Part shown: in pieces, positions 30,704 to 43,484 of the stretch | Position numbering within the stretch: the stretch's first letter is position 1 | Layout of the letters: the number at the start of each line of letters is the position of its first letter | Assembly (NCBI GenBank): GCA_037446635.1 | Contig: JBBIIG010000011.1 | Coordinates: forward strand, 30,499-94,498 | DNA length: 64,000 nucleotides | Direction of reading: 5' to 3' | Source of the DNA: a bacterium | GTDB taxonomy: Bacteria > Zhuqueibacterota > Zhuqueibacteria > Oceanimicrobiales > Oceanimicrobiaceae | Translations under genes and position numbers: made by a program | The notes under the pieces: generated by a model | Databases searched by the model: none | What the model saw: only the letters and a program-made list of their open reading frames with translations | Told to the model about the DNA's origin: nothing

Positions 30704-31141
30704 ATGATCGGCAGAAAAAACGGCGACGAATTCGAGGCCGGCGGCAACCTTAACACGATGCTCGGCAAAGGCTCATCTTTTGAAGGAACTCTGAAAGTGC
30801 AGAGCACTCTGCGCGTGGATGGGAAAATCAAGGGCAACGTTTCCGCCAGTGAGTCCCTGGTGGTGGGTAAAGAAGGCGATATCAACGGCGAGGTGGTGGT
30901 GCGCAACGCGGTCATTGGCGGAAAACTCAAAGGAAAATTGACCGCCTCCGGCAAAGTGGTGTTAGAGGCCAGCTCGGTTTTTTTGGGGGAGATGAAAACC
31001 GGCAAGCTGGTCATTCACGAAGGCGCGGTGTTTGAGGGCAACTGCTCCATGGACGGCGCCAGCGGCGGCGACCGCAAAAGCGAATACGGCAAGAGTCTCT
31101 CCGCCATTCTCGAAAAGGAAGAAAAAGTAAGCAAATCGTGA
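30704..31141 (+). CDS. Bactofilin (polymer-forming cytoskeletal protein)
   Basis: TMLGKGSSFEGTL...LRVDGKIKG...GAVFEGNC beta-helix pattern. Confidence 0.92.
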   Translation: MIGRKNGDEFEAGGNLNTMLGKGSSFEGTLKVQSTLRVDGKIKGNVSASESLVVGKEGDINGEVVVRNAVIGGKLKGKLTASGKVVLEASSVFLGEMKTGKLVIHEGAVFEGNCSMDGASGGDRKSEYGKSLSAILEKEEKVSKS

Positions 31142-31383
31142 ATCAGAAATCGCACAAGGCGGATCAGGGATTGAAAGGCGTGGCGTTTTATATGGATTTG
31201 GGGTGGCGGTTTGCGCTGGCGATTGCTTTGGGAGCGGGCGGCGGCTACTGGCTCGATTCAAAACTTCAGACTCTCCCATTATTTGTGATTGTTGGTTTAC
31301 TTTTGGGGGCGACCTCCGGCTTTCTGACGATCTATCGGGCGGTCTTTCCACCGAATTCGACAAAGACGCGTGAACGTGAGTGA
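31138..31383 (+). CDS. atpZ: AtpZ/AtpI family small membrane protein
   Basis: Two TM with GYWLDSK...TLPLFVIVGLLLG; heads the atp operon. Confidence 0.85.
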   Translation: MNQKSHKADQGLKGVAFYMDLGWRFALAIALGAGGGYWLDSKLQTLPLFVIVGLLLGATSGFLTIYRAVFPPNSTKTRERE

Positions 31384-31765
31384 GAATTTCAAATTTCTGA
31401 TTCAAATCAGCGGTCTGACCTCCGTTCTGCTTCTGGCGGCGCTCGTTCCGGTTTTGTACTTTGGCAGCCCCCGCCTGGCGTGGGGCGTCTTTTGCGGCTA
31501 CCTGGTGAGCCTCGTCAACATCTTACTGGCGTTCTTTTCCATTCGCTGGGCGTTCCACAAATCCACCAAAACTTTCTTTGCGGTGGTGGTCGGCGGCATG
31601 GGATTGCGGTTTTTCATTTTAGCGGCAGTGATGTTTTTCGTGTGGAAATTGGCGTTGGCGCCGCTGCCGGCGTTTGCGATTTCGCTGGTGGGATTTTATT
31701 TAACGCTGCAAATTTTTGAGATTAGGTTTATTCAGAGAGAGCTTCGAGCTAATAAAACAACCTAA
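31370..31765 (+). CDS. atpI: ATP synthase protein I-like (4 TM)
   Basis: Hydrophobic, GGMGLRF motif, directly before atpB. Confidence 0.75.
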   Translation: MNVSENFKFLIQISGLTSVLLLAALVPVLYFGSPRLAWGVFCGYLVSLVNILLAFFSIRWAFHKSTKTFFAVVVGGMGLRFFILAAVMFFVWKLALAPLPAFAISLVGFYLTLQIFEIRFIQRELRANKTT

Positions 31766-31803
31766 CGCGGACTAAATAGATTTCACCTGTAAGAGACTAA
31801 ATT

Positions 31804-32595
31804 ATGATCAATTGGCTTTTGACTGGCGGCGAAGAGAGCGGCGGGGAAAAATTAGGCGCCGATTTCATAATGGGCCACATCGTTGACCACCCGCTCGTGC
31901 ACATCGAAATTTTTGGATTCGATCTCTCCATCACCAAGCACGTGCTGATGATGTGGATTGTGTCGGCGATACTGATCGCGGTTTTTGCGGCGGCGTTTCG
32001 CAAACCGAAACTTGTTCCGCGCGGCCTCGCCAACTTTTTCGAGTTCATCATCGAGTACCTCGACAAAGAGGTGATGAAACCGTATTTGGGCAGCCACTCT
32101 CATCATTACGCGCCTTATTTGTTGACGGCCTTCTTTTTCATTTTGATCAGCAACTTGCTGGGGCTGGTGCCGGGCGCCGCCACCGCCACCGGCAACATCA
32201 GCGTCACCGCCGCGATGGCGCTGCTGACGTTTGCGATGGTGCAGATCGCCGGCATCAAAAATCACGGGCTGGTGGGATATTTCAAGGGCCTCATCCCGCC
32301 CGGCCTGCCAATCTTCATTTTGCCCATCATGGTGCCGGTGGAACTCATCAGCTTGTGCACCAAGCACTTCGCGCTGGCGATTCGTCTTTTCGCCAATATG
32401 GTGGCGGGGCACGTAGTTATCTTCGCGCTGCTGCTGATTATCTTCACTTTCAAAAGCTACGTCATCGGCGCGGTCACCTTGGGCGGCATTTTGTTCGTGA
32501 GTTTGCTGGAGATTTTGATCGCGCTGATACAGGCGTACATTTTCACGATTTTGTCGTCGGTGTTCATTGGCATGGCGGTGCATCAGGAGCACTAA
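31804..32595 (+). CDS. atpB: F0 subunit a
   Basis: NLLGLVP, TGNISVT, LAIRLFANMVAGH, LIQAYIF. Confidence 0.97.
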   Translation: MINWLLTGGEESGGEKLGADFIMGHIVDHPLVHIEIFGFDLSITKHVLMMWIVSAILIAVFAAAFRKPKLVPRGLANFFEFIIEYLDKEVMKPYLGSHSHHYAPYLLTAFFFILISNLLGLVPGAATATGNISVTAAMALLTFAMVQIAGIKNHGLVGYFKGLIPPGLPIFILPIMVPVELISLCTKHFALAIRLFANMVAGHVVIFALLLIIFTFKSYVIGAVTLGGILFVSLLEILIALIQAYIFTILSSVFIGMAVHQEH

Positions 32596-32619
32596 CCGCC
32601 GATTAGTTTGATAGGATGT

Positions 32620-32750
32620 GGTGGGATGTTGGAGTATTGGAGTGTTGAATAAACGCGGATTGATGGATTGATGGATTAATGGATGAGTGGACTACTGGCA
32701 CTGATTCGCGAGTGGCGTTTCACGTCTCACTCCATTACTCCATTACTCCT
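32620..32750. repeat. Octamer/heptamer-repeat hairpin between atpB and atpE
   Basis: TGGAGTAT/TGGATTGA runs pairing with ACTCCATT runs. Confidence 0.75.
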
Positions 32751-32830
32751 CGTTATTGAGTGGACGAGGGAGAGGGTTACAAAATAAGTTTGGAAGGAAT
32801 ACATTTTAATCTAACCATTTAGGAGGATTC

Positions 32831-33058
32831 ATGTCAGAGATTGCCTATGCGTTTTTAGCGGGAGGATTTGGAGCGGGAATTACGGTAATTGGCGGCGCTT
32901 ACGGCGTCAGCAAGTTGGCCAGCGCGGCAATGGAAGGCATTGCTCGTCAGCCGGAAGCCGCTGGCGACATCCGCGGCGTCACCATCATCACCGCCGCCAT
33001 GATCGAAGGGGTGGCGCTGCTGGCGTTGGTTATCTGCTTCTTACTCAGCCTTAAATAA
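32831..33058 (+). CDS. atpE: F0 subunit c (H+ type)
   Basis: ARQPEA loop, MIEGVAL; AGGAGG RBS. Confidence 0.97.
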   Translation: MSEIAYAFLAGGFGAGITVIGGAYGVSKLASAAMEGIARQPEAAGDIRGVTIITAAMIEGVALLALVICFLLSLK

Positions 33059-33070
33059 AAAAGTACGAAT

Positions 33071-33562
33071 ATGCTACTCGATCCACATTGGGGTACATTG
33101 TTTTGGACCGCGCTGACGTTTGTCTTGCTGCTGGTCATTCTCAAAAAGCTGGCGTGGACGCCCATCTTGCAAACGCTCGCGGAACGTGAGCGGCGCATCC
33201 GCGAGGCGCTGGAAAAGGCCGAGGCCACGCAAAAAGAAACCGAAGCAGCAATGGCGCAGCACCAGGCCAACCTCGAAGCCGCTAAACGCGAGGCGCAGGA
33301 ACTGTTGGCCAAAAGTCGCAAAACCGCGGATGCCGCTAAAGAGGAAATTTTGCAGAAAGCGCAGGCTGAGGCCAACAGTTTGTTAGAGCGCGCCAAACGC
33401 GAAATTTCGCTGGAGCGCGAAAAAGCGGTGGAAGAAATCAAAAAGCAAACGGCGGAGCTGTCCGTGCAGATTGCGTCCAAGCTGATTGGCAAGTCGCTCT
33501 CGAAAGAGGATCACAAACAGCTCATCGAGGAATCGCTTAAAAAAATGGTGCAGGTTAATTGA
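33071..33562 (+). CDS. atpF: F0 subunit b
   Basis: N-terminal TM, LAW.PI...L.ER, coiled coil. Confidence 0.95.
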   Translation: MLLDPHWGTLFWTALTFVLLLVILKKLAWTPILQTLAERERRIREALEKAEATQKETEAAMAQHQANLEAAKREAQELLAKSRKTADAAKEEILQKAQAEANSLLERAKREISLEREKAVEEIKKQTAELSVQIASKLIGKSLSKEDHKQLIEESLKKMVQVN

Positions 33563-34116
33563 AAGAAAATATTCTGGCAAAACGTTACGCCAAAGCTCTC
33601 TTTCAATTGGCAAAAGAACGGCGGCTGCTGGAGAAAATTCCGAGCGAGGTTGAATTTTTGGACGCCAATGTGAGCGGCCATTCCGAGCTGCGGAGGCTGA
33701 TTAGCTCTCAGGAAATCAAGAAGAGCGAAAAAAAGAAAATTCTCGAGAAGCTTCTGCAGGATCGCGTCTCCAACGTTTTCTTCAATTTCATCACGCTGCT
33801 GTTGATGAAAAACCGCGAGACACTGTTCCCTGCCATTGCGCTGGAATTCCGCAAGCTGCTGGATCGCCATCACAAAAGGATGCGCGCCGCCGCCATCACC
33901 GCGGAGCCGTTGGATGAGAAATCGGCCCAAGCGCTGAAAGCGTTTTTGGACAAAACCTTCGACGCCGATATCCAAATCGAAAATCGCCTCGATAAATCGA
34001 TTCTCGGTGGGTTGATCGTCAACGTCGAGGGCCGGGTTTTTGACGGCAGCGTGCAAAGCCAGCTCAAGCGCTTGCGCGAGCAGTTGTTGGAAGGTGGCAA
34101 CTCGCGTATCGCCTAA
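33559..34116 (+). CDS. atpH: F1 subunit delta
   Basis: AKRYAKALF, DKSILGG, FDGSV. Confidence 0.95.
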   Translation: MKENILAKRYAKALFQLAKERRLLEKIPSEVEFLDANVSGHSELRRLISSQEIKKSEKKKILEKLLQDRVSNVFFNFITLLLMKNRETLFPAIALEFRKLLDRHHKRMRAAAITAEPLDEKSAQALKAFLDKTFDADIQIENRLDKSILGGLIVNVEGRVFDGSVQSQLKRLREQLLEGGNSRIA

Positions 34117-34121
34117 AGCGG

Positions 34122-34200
34122 TATTGGAGTAATGGAGTATTGGAGTTTTGGATTGCTGGTTTAATGGATTGTTGAATTTCTCCATCACTCCACTACTCCT
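34122..34200. repeat. Octamer-repeat hairpin between atpH and atpA
   Basis: TATTGGAG-TAATGGAG-TATTGGAG...CTCCATCACTCCACTACTCC. Confidence 0.75.
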
Positions 34201-34274
34201 CTCGAAATGCCACTGTTTGTGGCCGTGTATAATGAACCCAGAAATTTAAAACATAGAATGGGAGAAAAGCCCGG

Positions 34275-35785
<1,511 letters not shown>

Positions 35786-35786
<1 letters not shown>

Positions 35787-36658
35787 TGGCCACGTTACGC
35801 GACATCCGCCGGCGCATCAACAGCGTGCGCAGCACCCAGCAAATCACCAAAGCCATGAAAATGGTGGCAGCTGCAAAACTGCGCAGGGCACAGGAACGGC
35901 TCCTCAGTGCGCGGCCGTACGCCGATCGCATTCATACGCTGCTGGCGCACGTGGCCGCCGAGGTCGATCGCAGCAAACATCCACTGTTGGTGGAACGCGA
36001 AGTTAAAAACGTGCTCTATCTTGTGGTGAGCGCGGACCGCGGTTTGTGCGGCAGCTTCAACGCCAACATTTTGCGAAAAGCCAAATTTGAAATCGATTCG
36101 CAAAAACAAAACGGCGAGATGGATTTAAAGCTCATCACCATCGGTCGCAAAGGTGCCGAGCATTTTTCCCGACGCGGCTATCCCATCGCCGAAAAACACG
36201 TGAACTTTTTTGATCATCTCGAATTCAAGCACGCGGCGCTCATTTCGAGTCAAATTCAAAAAATGTATCAGGAAATGCAGGTGGACCGCGTGGTGGCGAT
36301 TTACAACGAATTCAAATCGGCGGCGATGCAAAAGGTGATCACCCAGCAATTGCTGCCCATTCAGCCGCAGCGCCCGCAGATGCAAATTTATCAACCCGTC
36401 GAGTATTTGTACGAACCTTCGATTGACTACATTTTGAACGAAATTTGCCCGAAGTTTTTGAACGTACAAATCTGGCGGATGCTGTTGGAATCGTATGCTT
36501 CCGAACAGGGCGCGCGCATGGTGGCGATGGAGTCGGCCAGCGAAAACGCCCAGGAGATGATTTACGATTTGACGCTCTATTACAATAAAGTGCGGCAAGC
36601 CAGCATCACCAAAGAAATTGCTGAAATTGTCGGCGGCGCCAACGCCCTCCGCGGCTAG
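35786..36658 (+). CDS. atpG: F1 subunit gamma
   Basis: ITKAMKMVAAAK, DRGLCGSFN, RQASITKEI. Confidence 0.98.
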
Positions 36659-36872
36659 TTCCCTCCCCTGTTTTAGGGAAGGGTTAGGGTAGGGTCCCTC
36701 TTGGTATTGGAGTGCTGGAGCCTTGGATTAATGGAGTATTGGATCATTGGATTATTGGATTATTGGATTATTGGAACAACTGATGCGAGTCCTTTTCACT
36801 ATTCACGTTTCTCGTCTGCCGTTTGCCGTTTCACGTTGCAACACTCCATTGATCCATCACTCCATTACTCCG
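36659..36872. repeat. Composite repeat region between atpG and atpD
   Basis: 38-bp CCCTCCCC...GGGTTAGGGT element, TTGGATTA octamers, TTCACGT-like heptamers, ACTCCATT octamers. Confidence 0.8.
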
Positions 36873-36941
36873 CATCATTACTTGCACTGAGGTTGCTATA
36901 AAAATGAAACCAAAGAAGAATAACCAAATTTTGGAGAATGA

Positions 36942-38342
<1,401 letters not shown>

Positions 38343-38343
38343 G

Positions 38344-38510
38344 TTCCCTCCCCTTGCCAAGGGGAGGGTTAGGGTGGGGTTTGCTGTTGGAGTGATGGAT
38401 TAATGGATTAATGGATCATTGGACTAACTGATGAGATTACTATTCACTTTTCACGTCTCACGTCTGACGTCTCACGTTTCACGCTCCAAAACTCCATTAC
38501 TCCGCATCAT
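38344..38510. repeat. Composite repeat region between atpD and atpC
   Basis: Same three-part layout as 36659-36872. Confidence 0.8.
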
Positions 38511-38539
38511 TAGAGAACTATTTTGATTGTTGGCAGAGC

Positions 38540-38947
38540 ATGCTTCCAGAGAAACTAAGGTTTGAGATAATCACCCCGCATCAGAAAGTCTATTCCAGCG
38601 ACGTTGACGCCGTGGTTTTGCCCGGACACGAAGGCTATTTCGGCGTCCTGCCGGGACACACGCCGTATTTGGCCACGCTAAAAGTTGGCGAAATCAAAGT
38701 GGAAATCGATAAAAAAGAAATTTACTTAGCCACCAGCGGCGGCGTGGTGGAAGTCTTCCCCGACTCAATTTCCGTTCTCGCCGAAACCGCCGAACCCGCA
38801 ACCGCGATTGACCTCAAGCGCGCGCAAGCCTCCCGCGACCGAGCCCTCAATCGCTTGAAAGAAGGACGAAAATCCTGGGACATCGAGCGGGCGCAAGCAG
38901 CTCTGGCGCGGGCGCTCAATCGCATCAGTGTGGCGGAAAAGGTATAA
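38540..38947 (+). CDS. atpC: F1 subunit epsilon
   Basis: IITP, G..GVLPGH.P, SGG, AE....ID, ALARALNR. Confidence 0.96.
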   Translation: MLPEKLRFEIITPHQKVYSSDVDAVVLPGHEGYFGVLPGHTPYLATLKVGEIKVEIDKKEIYLATSGGVVEVFPDSISVLAETAEPATAIDLKRAQASRDRALNRLKEGRKSWDIERAQAALARALNRISVAEKV

Positions 38948-39284
38948 AGCGTAACCCCCGGTGGCACCGGGGCTGGAGGTTACTGAATTAGCAACAACCC
39001 TCCGCAGCGGAAAATACCAAACTCGTTGGTATGTCTCCTTTTTTCTCTACTTCATCACCACCTCAAACTTGACGTCCGGAGTTGGGTCGCGATGCTGCAT
39101 AGTAAAATTTTGGAGGAAGTTGGCTAATGATAATTAACCAAACAGCAACAGGTAAAATCAAGAAAAAACTGGTTGCTTTCCGGCAAGCCATTTTCTCCTT
39201 GCATTGCGAGAAAAAAAATCCTAAACTCCTGCCACTGAAAACCCAAATCCATCACACTCTCATCTCTTTCAAGATTTCGCGAAC

Positions 39285-39770
39285 ATGAACAAACCACTTA
39301 AGATCACGGTCACCGTCAACGGCAAAAAGTACAAATCGTCGGTGGAACCGCGTTTGTTGTTGTGCGATTACCTGCGCCACGAGCTGGGGCTCACCGGCAC
39401 CCACGTAGGGTGCGAGCACGGGGTATGTGGGGCTTGCACCATTTTGTTGAACGGCGAGGCCGTGCGCTCCTGCCTGATGTTTGCCGTGCAAGCGAACGGC
39501 CACAACATTACGACCGTGGAAGGATTGGCGACGGCCGGCGACGAGAAGCTCCATCCGCTGCAAGCCGCGTTTCGCGAGGCCCACGCCCTGCAGTGCGGCT
39601 TCTGCACCCCCGGCTTTTTGATGAGCCTGGTGCCGTTTCTGCAGGAACATCCCAATCCCAACGAGCAGGAAATCCGCGAGGCGCTCTCCGGGAATTTGTG
39701 CCGCTGCACCGGCTATCAAAACATTGTCAAAGCGGTCAAGCAGGCCGCCGCTGCCAAAATGTTGGAGTAA
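39285..39770 (+). CDS. (2Fe-2S)-binding protein, CoxS/XdhC-type small subunit
   Basis: GCEHGVCGAC, RSC, QCGFCTPG, GNLCRCTGY. Confidence 0.93.
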   Translation: MNKPLKITVTVNGKKYKSSVEPRLLLCDYLRHELGLTGTHVGCEHGVCGACTILLNGEAVRSCLMFAVQANGHNITTVEGLATAGDEKLHPLQAAFREAHALQCGFCTPGFLMSLVPFLQEHPNPNEQEIREALSGNLCRCTGYQNIVKAVKQAAAAKMLE

Positions 39771-39777
39771 GGAGAGA

Positions 39778-40797
39778 TTATTTCGCTCGCAGCACCGCCC
39801 GCCCGGAGGCCGTGCTGATTTCGATGAGCGGCGAGTCGCCGCCGCGTTTCGTGGTTTTCGTCACGTACTCATCGTCATCGCCGCCGCGATAGTGGATATC
39901 TTCAGTGTCAAATTCAAAGGGCGCGGTGATGCTGCCGCGGCGCATTTTCGCCGTCATTTTGATCAACCCTTTGATGGGTTGGTTGTTGAAATTGAGAATC
40001 GCATCACCGGAAGCGGTTGACACCGAAAGATCGTGCGCGGGACTTGCGGTCAGCGTCACCTCCACGTCGCCGGAGGCCGCGTTGAAGGAGCTGGCGGCTT
40101 CCAGCGTGACGCTCTCGGCGGTGATGTCGCCGCTGGCGGCGTTCACATCCAGCTCGCCGCTGGCGTTGGTCAATCGAATTCTTCCGGAAGCGGTGTTGAG
40201 TTTCAACTGTCCTTGGGCGTCGCTGGCGTCGATGCGGCCGCTGGCGGTGCTAAGTTTGGATTCACCGGAAAAGCCGGCGACGGTCACGTCGCCGGAAGCC
40301 GTGCTGATATGAATTCTTCCGTCCAACTCAGCGGCGTCGATTTCGCCGCTGGCGGTGCTGACCGAGATTTCGCCGTTGAGATGACGCAGCCGAACGTCGC
40401 CGGAAGCGGTGCTTGCTTCCACCGAACTCAACAAATCGGAAACGTCCAGATCGCCGGAAGCGGTGGAGAAATCGATGTTGGTTTTTTCGGGCGCGGTGAT
40501 GCGCCAGATGGATTCGCCGCTGCGGCGGCCGAACCGGCTGCGGCCAAAATTTTCGGTCAAGTACAGGCGGTCGCCGCGCTGCAGCAATTCCGCCTCGAAA
40601 TCTTCGTCGTCGTAAGTGTAGTTGACCACCACCGTCACCTCCGACGACGCGCCCTTTTCGATGATGCAATCGCCGCTGACGGTTTTGATTTTGATCTCTT
40701 TCACATCTTTGAAGGTCTCTTTGATCTCGCCGGCTTGCGCGCGGACGCTCAACATCAAAAAACTAAATAGAAACAGGAATGATTTAAAATGGTGCAT
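39778..40797 (-). CDS. DUF4097 family beta-strand repeat (adhesin-like) protein
   Basis: Signal peptide and many (S/N)TASG(D/R) repeats. Confidence 0.85.
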   Translation of the reverse strand: MHHFKSFLFLFSFLMLSVRAQAGEIKETFKDVKEIKIKTVSGDCIIEKGASSEVTVVVNYTYDDEDFEAELLQRGDRLYLTENFGRSRFGRRSGESIWRITAPEKTNIDFSTASGDLDVSDLLSSVEASTASGDVRLRHLNGEISVSTASGEIDAAELDGRIHISTASGDVTVAGFSGESKLSTASGRIDASDAQGQLKLNTASGRIRLTNASGELDVNAASGDITAESVTLEAASSFNAASGDVEVTLTASPAHDLSVSTASGDAILNFNNQPIKGLIKMTAKMRRGSITAPFEFDTEDIHYRGGDDDEYVTKTTKRGGDSPLIEISTASGRAVLRAK

Positions 40798-40899
40798 TTT
40801 TTCTCTCCGCTGTTTTTGTGTGATGAATTTAAGGATTTCTTACTAATGATGTATTTTGACAGCGGAAACATTAAAATAGTTTGCTTATTAAAATCAAAT

Positions 40900-40971
40900 G
40901 CCACAGTCACAGAGAAGACGCAGAACAGGCAAAAGACGATTCTTTCTCGGTGAACTCTGTGTCTCTGTGGC
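40900..40971. repeat. Nonamer-repeat hairpin
   Basis: GCCACAGTCACAGAG...CTCTGTGTCTCTGTGGC. Confidence 0.6.
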
Positions 40972-41058
40972 CTATCAGAATTATTCTTTGTCAAAAAATC
41001 TCGGTCACTCGTGAGTTTCGCGTCTTTCGTGAGACGACTTTTTAAAAAAGGAAAGAAC

Positions 41059-41578
41059 ATGACTTACCTCGAAAACATCCGCACTGAATTTCACAAAGCC
41101 AAGAAATTGGCGGATGCCGCCATTCGCCAAGTCAGCGACGAGGATGTGTTCGCCGTCATCAGTGCGGAATCCAACAGTATCGCCGTCATCATGAAGCATC
41201 TCGCCGGCAACATGCTCTCCCGCTGGACGGACTTTCTCACCACCGACGGCGAGAAACCCAACCGCAACCGCGACTCGGAATTTGTGATTCAAGCGTCCGA
41301 CACCAAGCAGCATCTGCTCGAATTCTGGGAAAGCGGATGGACATGCCTGTTCCGATGCGTTGAACCCGCTCACCGCGGCGGATCTCGACAAAACCGTGTT
41401 CATCCGCGGCGAGCCGCACACGGTGATGCAGGCCATCAATCGCCAGCTTGCGCACTACTCCTATCACGTGGGGCAAATCGTTTTTCTGGCGCGCTATTTT
41501 GCGGGCGCGAACTGGCAAACGTTGAGCATCCCCAAAGGCAAGTCAGAAGAATTCAATCGAAAAAAATTGCGGCAATAG
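41059..41578 (+). pseudogene. DUF1572 (DinB-like) protein with +1 frameshift at about 41353
   Basis: NSIAVIMKHLAGNMLSRWTDFLTTDGEKP in frame 1; removing one C gives WTCLF-DALNPL...IRGEPHTV...HYSYHVGQI. Confidence 0.88.
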
Positions 41579-41581
41579 ATT

Positions 41582-42106
41582 TCATTGTGGGCCGTAAACA
41601 ACGACGGATTCTCCAAACTTCTTTCCCAGGTTTTTGAGATACGCCTCCATCGTGGCGTGGTAGCCAAAAAAGAAGCGCGCCATGAACCGAAAAACAGGAT
41701 TGTAAATTTCGCCGTTTTCGGTGATGGTGAGAATGCTGCCGCCGTCGGATTCCTGAATTTCATACGTCCAGCTTCCGCCAAACGGCAGGGTCGAATCAGC
41801 AATGACCGTGACCATTTTGGTCGGCGGCTCGAACACCGTCACTTCGTAGGGCATCCTCCCCATCTTGCTCACTTCCACCCACACGGGATGGCCGTTGCGT
41901 TCCGGCTGCTTTTCTACCGACTGCACCTCCGGCCGCCACGACGGCAGCGCTTCAAAATTGCTGATGACATCCCAAACGGTTTGCGGCAATTGGTTGAATT
42001 TTGCCGCGCGTTTGGCGACGTGCTGCTTGGGCAGCAGCATTCCAATTACGGTTACCAGTGCGACCAACCCCACCAAAATGACGACGGCAACGATCACCCA
42101 CTTCAT
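41582..42106 (-). CDS. SRPBCC (polyketide cyclase/START) family protein
   Basis: N-terminal TM, VWDVI....PSWR, PFGGSWTYEI, ITENGEIYNP. Confidence 0.8.
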   Translation of the reverse strand: MKWVIVAVVILVGLVALVTVIGMLLPKQHVAKRAAKFNQLPQTVWDVISNFEALPSWRPEVQSVEKQPERNGHPVWVEVSKMGRMPYEVTVFEPPTKMVTVIADSTLPFGGSWTYEIQESDGGSILTITENGEIYNPVFRFMARFFFGYHATMEAYLKNLGKKFGESVVVYGPQ

Positions 42107-42828
42107 AGTTTTCCTCCTTTAGTAACTGCGTTTTTGAGATTCTCCAGCTTCCCCACGTCCAGCCAGTGGCAGCCATCCACTCGAAACGCGCGAATGCTTT
42201 CCCCGGCGCCGGCCAAGCGCAAATAGCTCGCGATAATTGAAAAGGCGCCGGTCTCGGTTAATTTGTCGAAAATACTTGGCGAGATCACGTGGATGCCGCA
42301 GAACGCCAGCTCTTGCAATTCGCCCTGAGGTTGGCGGGTTAAGATGGTGCGCGCGTCTTTTAGAGATTTCCAGCCGCAGAGCTGGCCGGTTTCATCAAAT
42401 AAAAAATAGCGGCTGCTGGCGCGCTGGTTCACCGCTAGCGTCGCCAGGCTGTCGGCAGCGCGCTGGGCCGCAACCATTTTTTTGAGATCGATGTCGCTGA
42501 GGATGTCCACGTTGTGGAGAAGGAAGGGCTGGCCATCGTCGAAAAACCAGGCGGCCTGCTTGAGTCCGCCGCCGGTGTCGAGCAAATCCATTTCGTGAGA
42601 AAACTCGATACGAATGCCAAAATGGTTTTTGGCGTTCAAAAATTCGATGATCCGCTGGGGAAAATGGTGCAGATTGATGATGACTTCGGCGACTCCGAAC
42701 GAGAGGAGGTGGGTGAGAACGTGCTCCAACAGCGGCTTGCCATTGTATTCGATGAGCGCTTTGGGCCTGGTATCGGTGAGGGGGCGCAGCCGCGTGCCGA
42801 GGCCGGCAGCGAGGATCATGGCTTTCAT
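42103..42828 (-). CDS. Nucleotidyltransferase (MurU/NTP transferase family)
   Basis: MKAMILAAGLGTRLRPLT..PKAL, LDTGGGL, WLDVG; start ATG 42828. Confidence 0.9.
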   Translation of the reverse strand: MKAMILAAGLGTRLRPLTDTRPKALIEYNGKPLLEHVLTHLLSFGVAEVIINLHHFPQRIIEFLNAKNHFGIRIEFSHEMDLLDTGGGLKQAAWFFDDGQPFLLHNVDILSDIDLKKMVAAQRAADSLATLAVNQRASSRYFLFDETGQLCGWKSLKDARTILTRQPQGELQELAFCGIHVISPSIFDKLTETGAFSIIASYLRLAGAGESIRAFRVDGCHWLDVGKLENLKNAVTKGGKL

Positions 42829-42854
42829 TTTAATCCCTTGATACTGCAATATTT

Positions 42855-42882
42855 GTAGGGGCGTATGGCCATACGCCCCTAC
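42855..42882. repeat. GTAG-type REP-like palindrome
   Basis: GTAGGGGCGTATGGCCATACGCCCCTAC; contains the stop codon of the DUF1579 gene. Confidence 0.8.
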
Positions 42883-43379
42883 AACTTGCGGGTGTAGCTC
42901 GTCTCCACTGCTTTGGCTTCCTCGCCCTGCGGCGTAATGTTGTACGCGGTGATCACAATGTGATCCGCATCGATGATTTCGATCTCGGTGCGCCAACCCC
43001 AGGGCGGGCCGCCAACGCCATCGTCGTATTGGCCGCGGACGGAAAATCCTCTTGGCGTGGCATCGCCTTCGGAAAGCATGATGCCGGTGCCGGTATGAAA
43101 ACTGTCGATCCACGCGGATTCGAACGTGCCGTGCAGGAGGTAGTAGCCGTAGATGGCCATGCCCTCCAGCGGCTTGCCCATGAGACTGCCGCTGTATTCG
43201 TGGATCACAAACCGCCCGCCTAACGCCAATCGCATCGTGCCGCGCCAGGGTGATTCGTCCGCCAGTTTTCCTGGCTCAAACCAGGTGCGGGTGACGCCTT
43301 CCCACTCGCCGGCGAGCTGCGCGAGTTTGTGATGCGCTCCGCCAGCGGCCTGGGATTGTTTGAGTTTGTCATCGTTCAT
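42879..43379 (-). CDS. DUF1579 domain protein
   Basis: LAGEWEG..RTW, LGGRFV, WIDSFHTGTG, WGWRT; start ATG 43379. Confidence 0.8.
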   Translation of the reverse strand: MNDDKLKQSQAAGGAHHKLAQLAGEWEGVTRTWFEPGKLADESPWRGTMRLALGGRFVIHEYSGSLMGKPLEGMAIYGYYLLHGTFESAWIDSFHTGTGIMLSEGDATPRGFSVRGQYDDGVGGPPWGWRTEIEIIDADHIVITAYNITPQGEEAKAVETSYTRKL

Positions 43380-43484
43380 AGCAATTTCCTTTCTAATCAC
43401 TCTTAAATCGCAAAGAACGCAAAGCTGGCCGCAAAGGTCGCTAATCGAAAACAAATTTTTTCAATTGCGCTCCTGTGCGTTTTC

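Noticed and set aside
32831..33058. Na+-translocating ATP synthase
   Set aside because: Subunit c lacks the helix-1 Gln and the ES/T motif (it has EG)
38984..39280. Possible ncRNA or IS remnant after atpC
   Set aside because: No recognisable RNA family, terminal repeats or transposase motif
39285..39770. Evidence for aerobic CO oxidation
   Set aside because: The small subunit is shared by many molybdenum hydroxylases, and there is no coxL here
42829..43113. N-terminal extensions in the ORF track (also 22369-22581, 12580-12723, 10377-10517)
   Set aside because: They overlap other genes or repeats, or lack family similarity; downstream ATGs match the family starts
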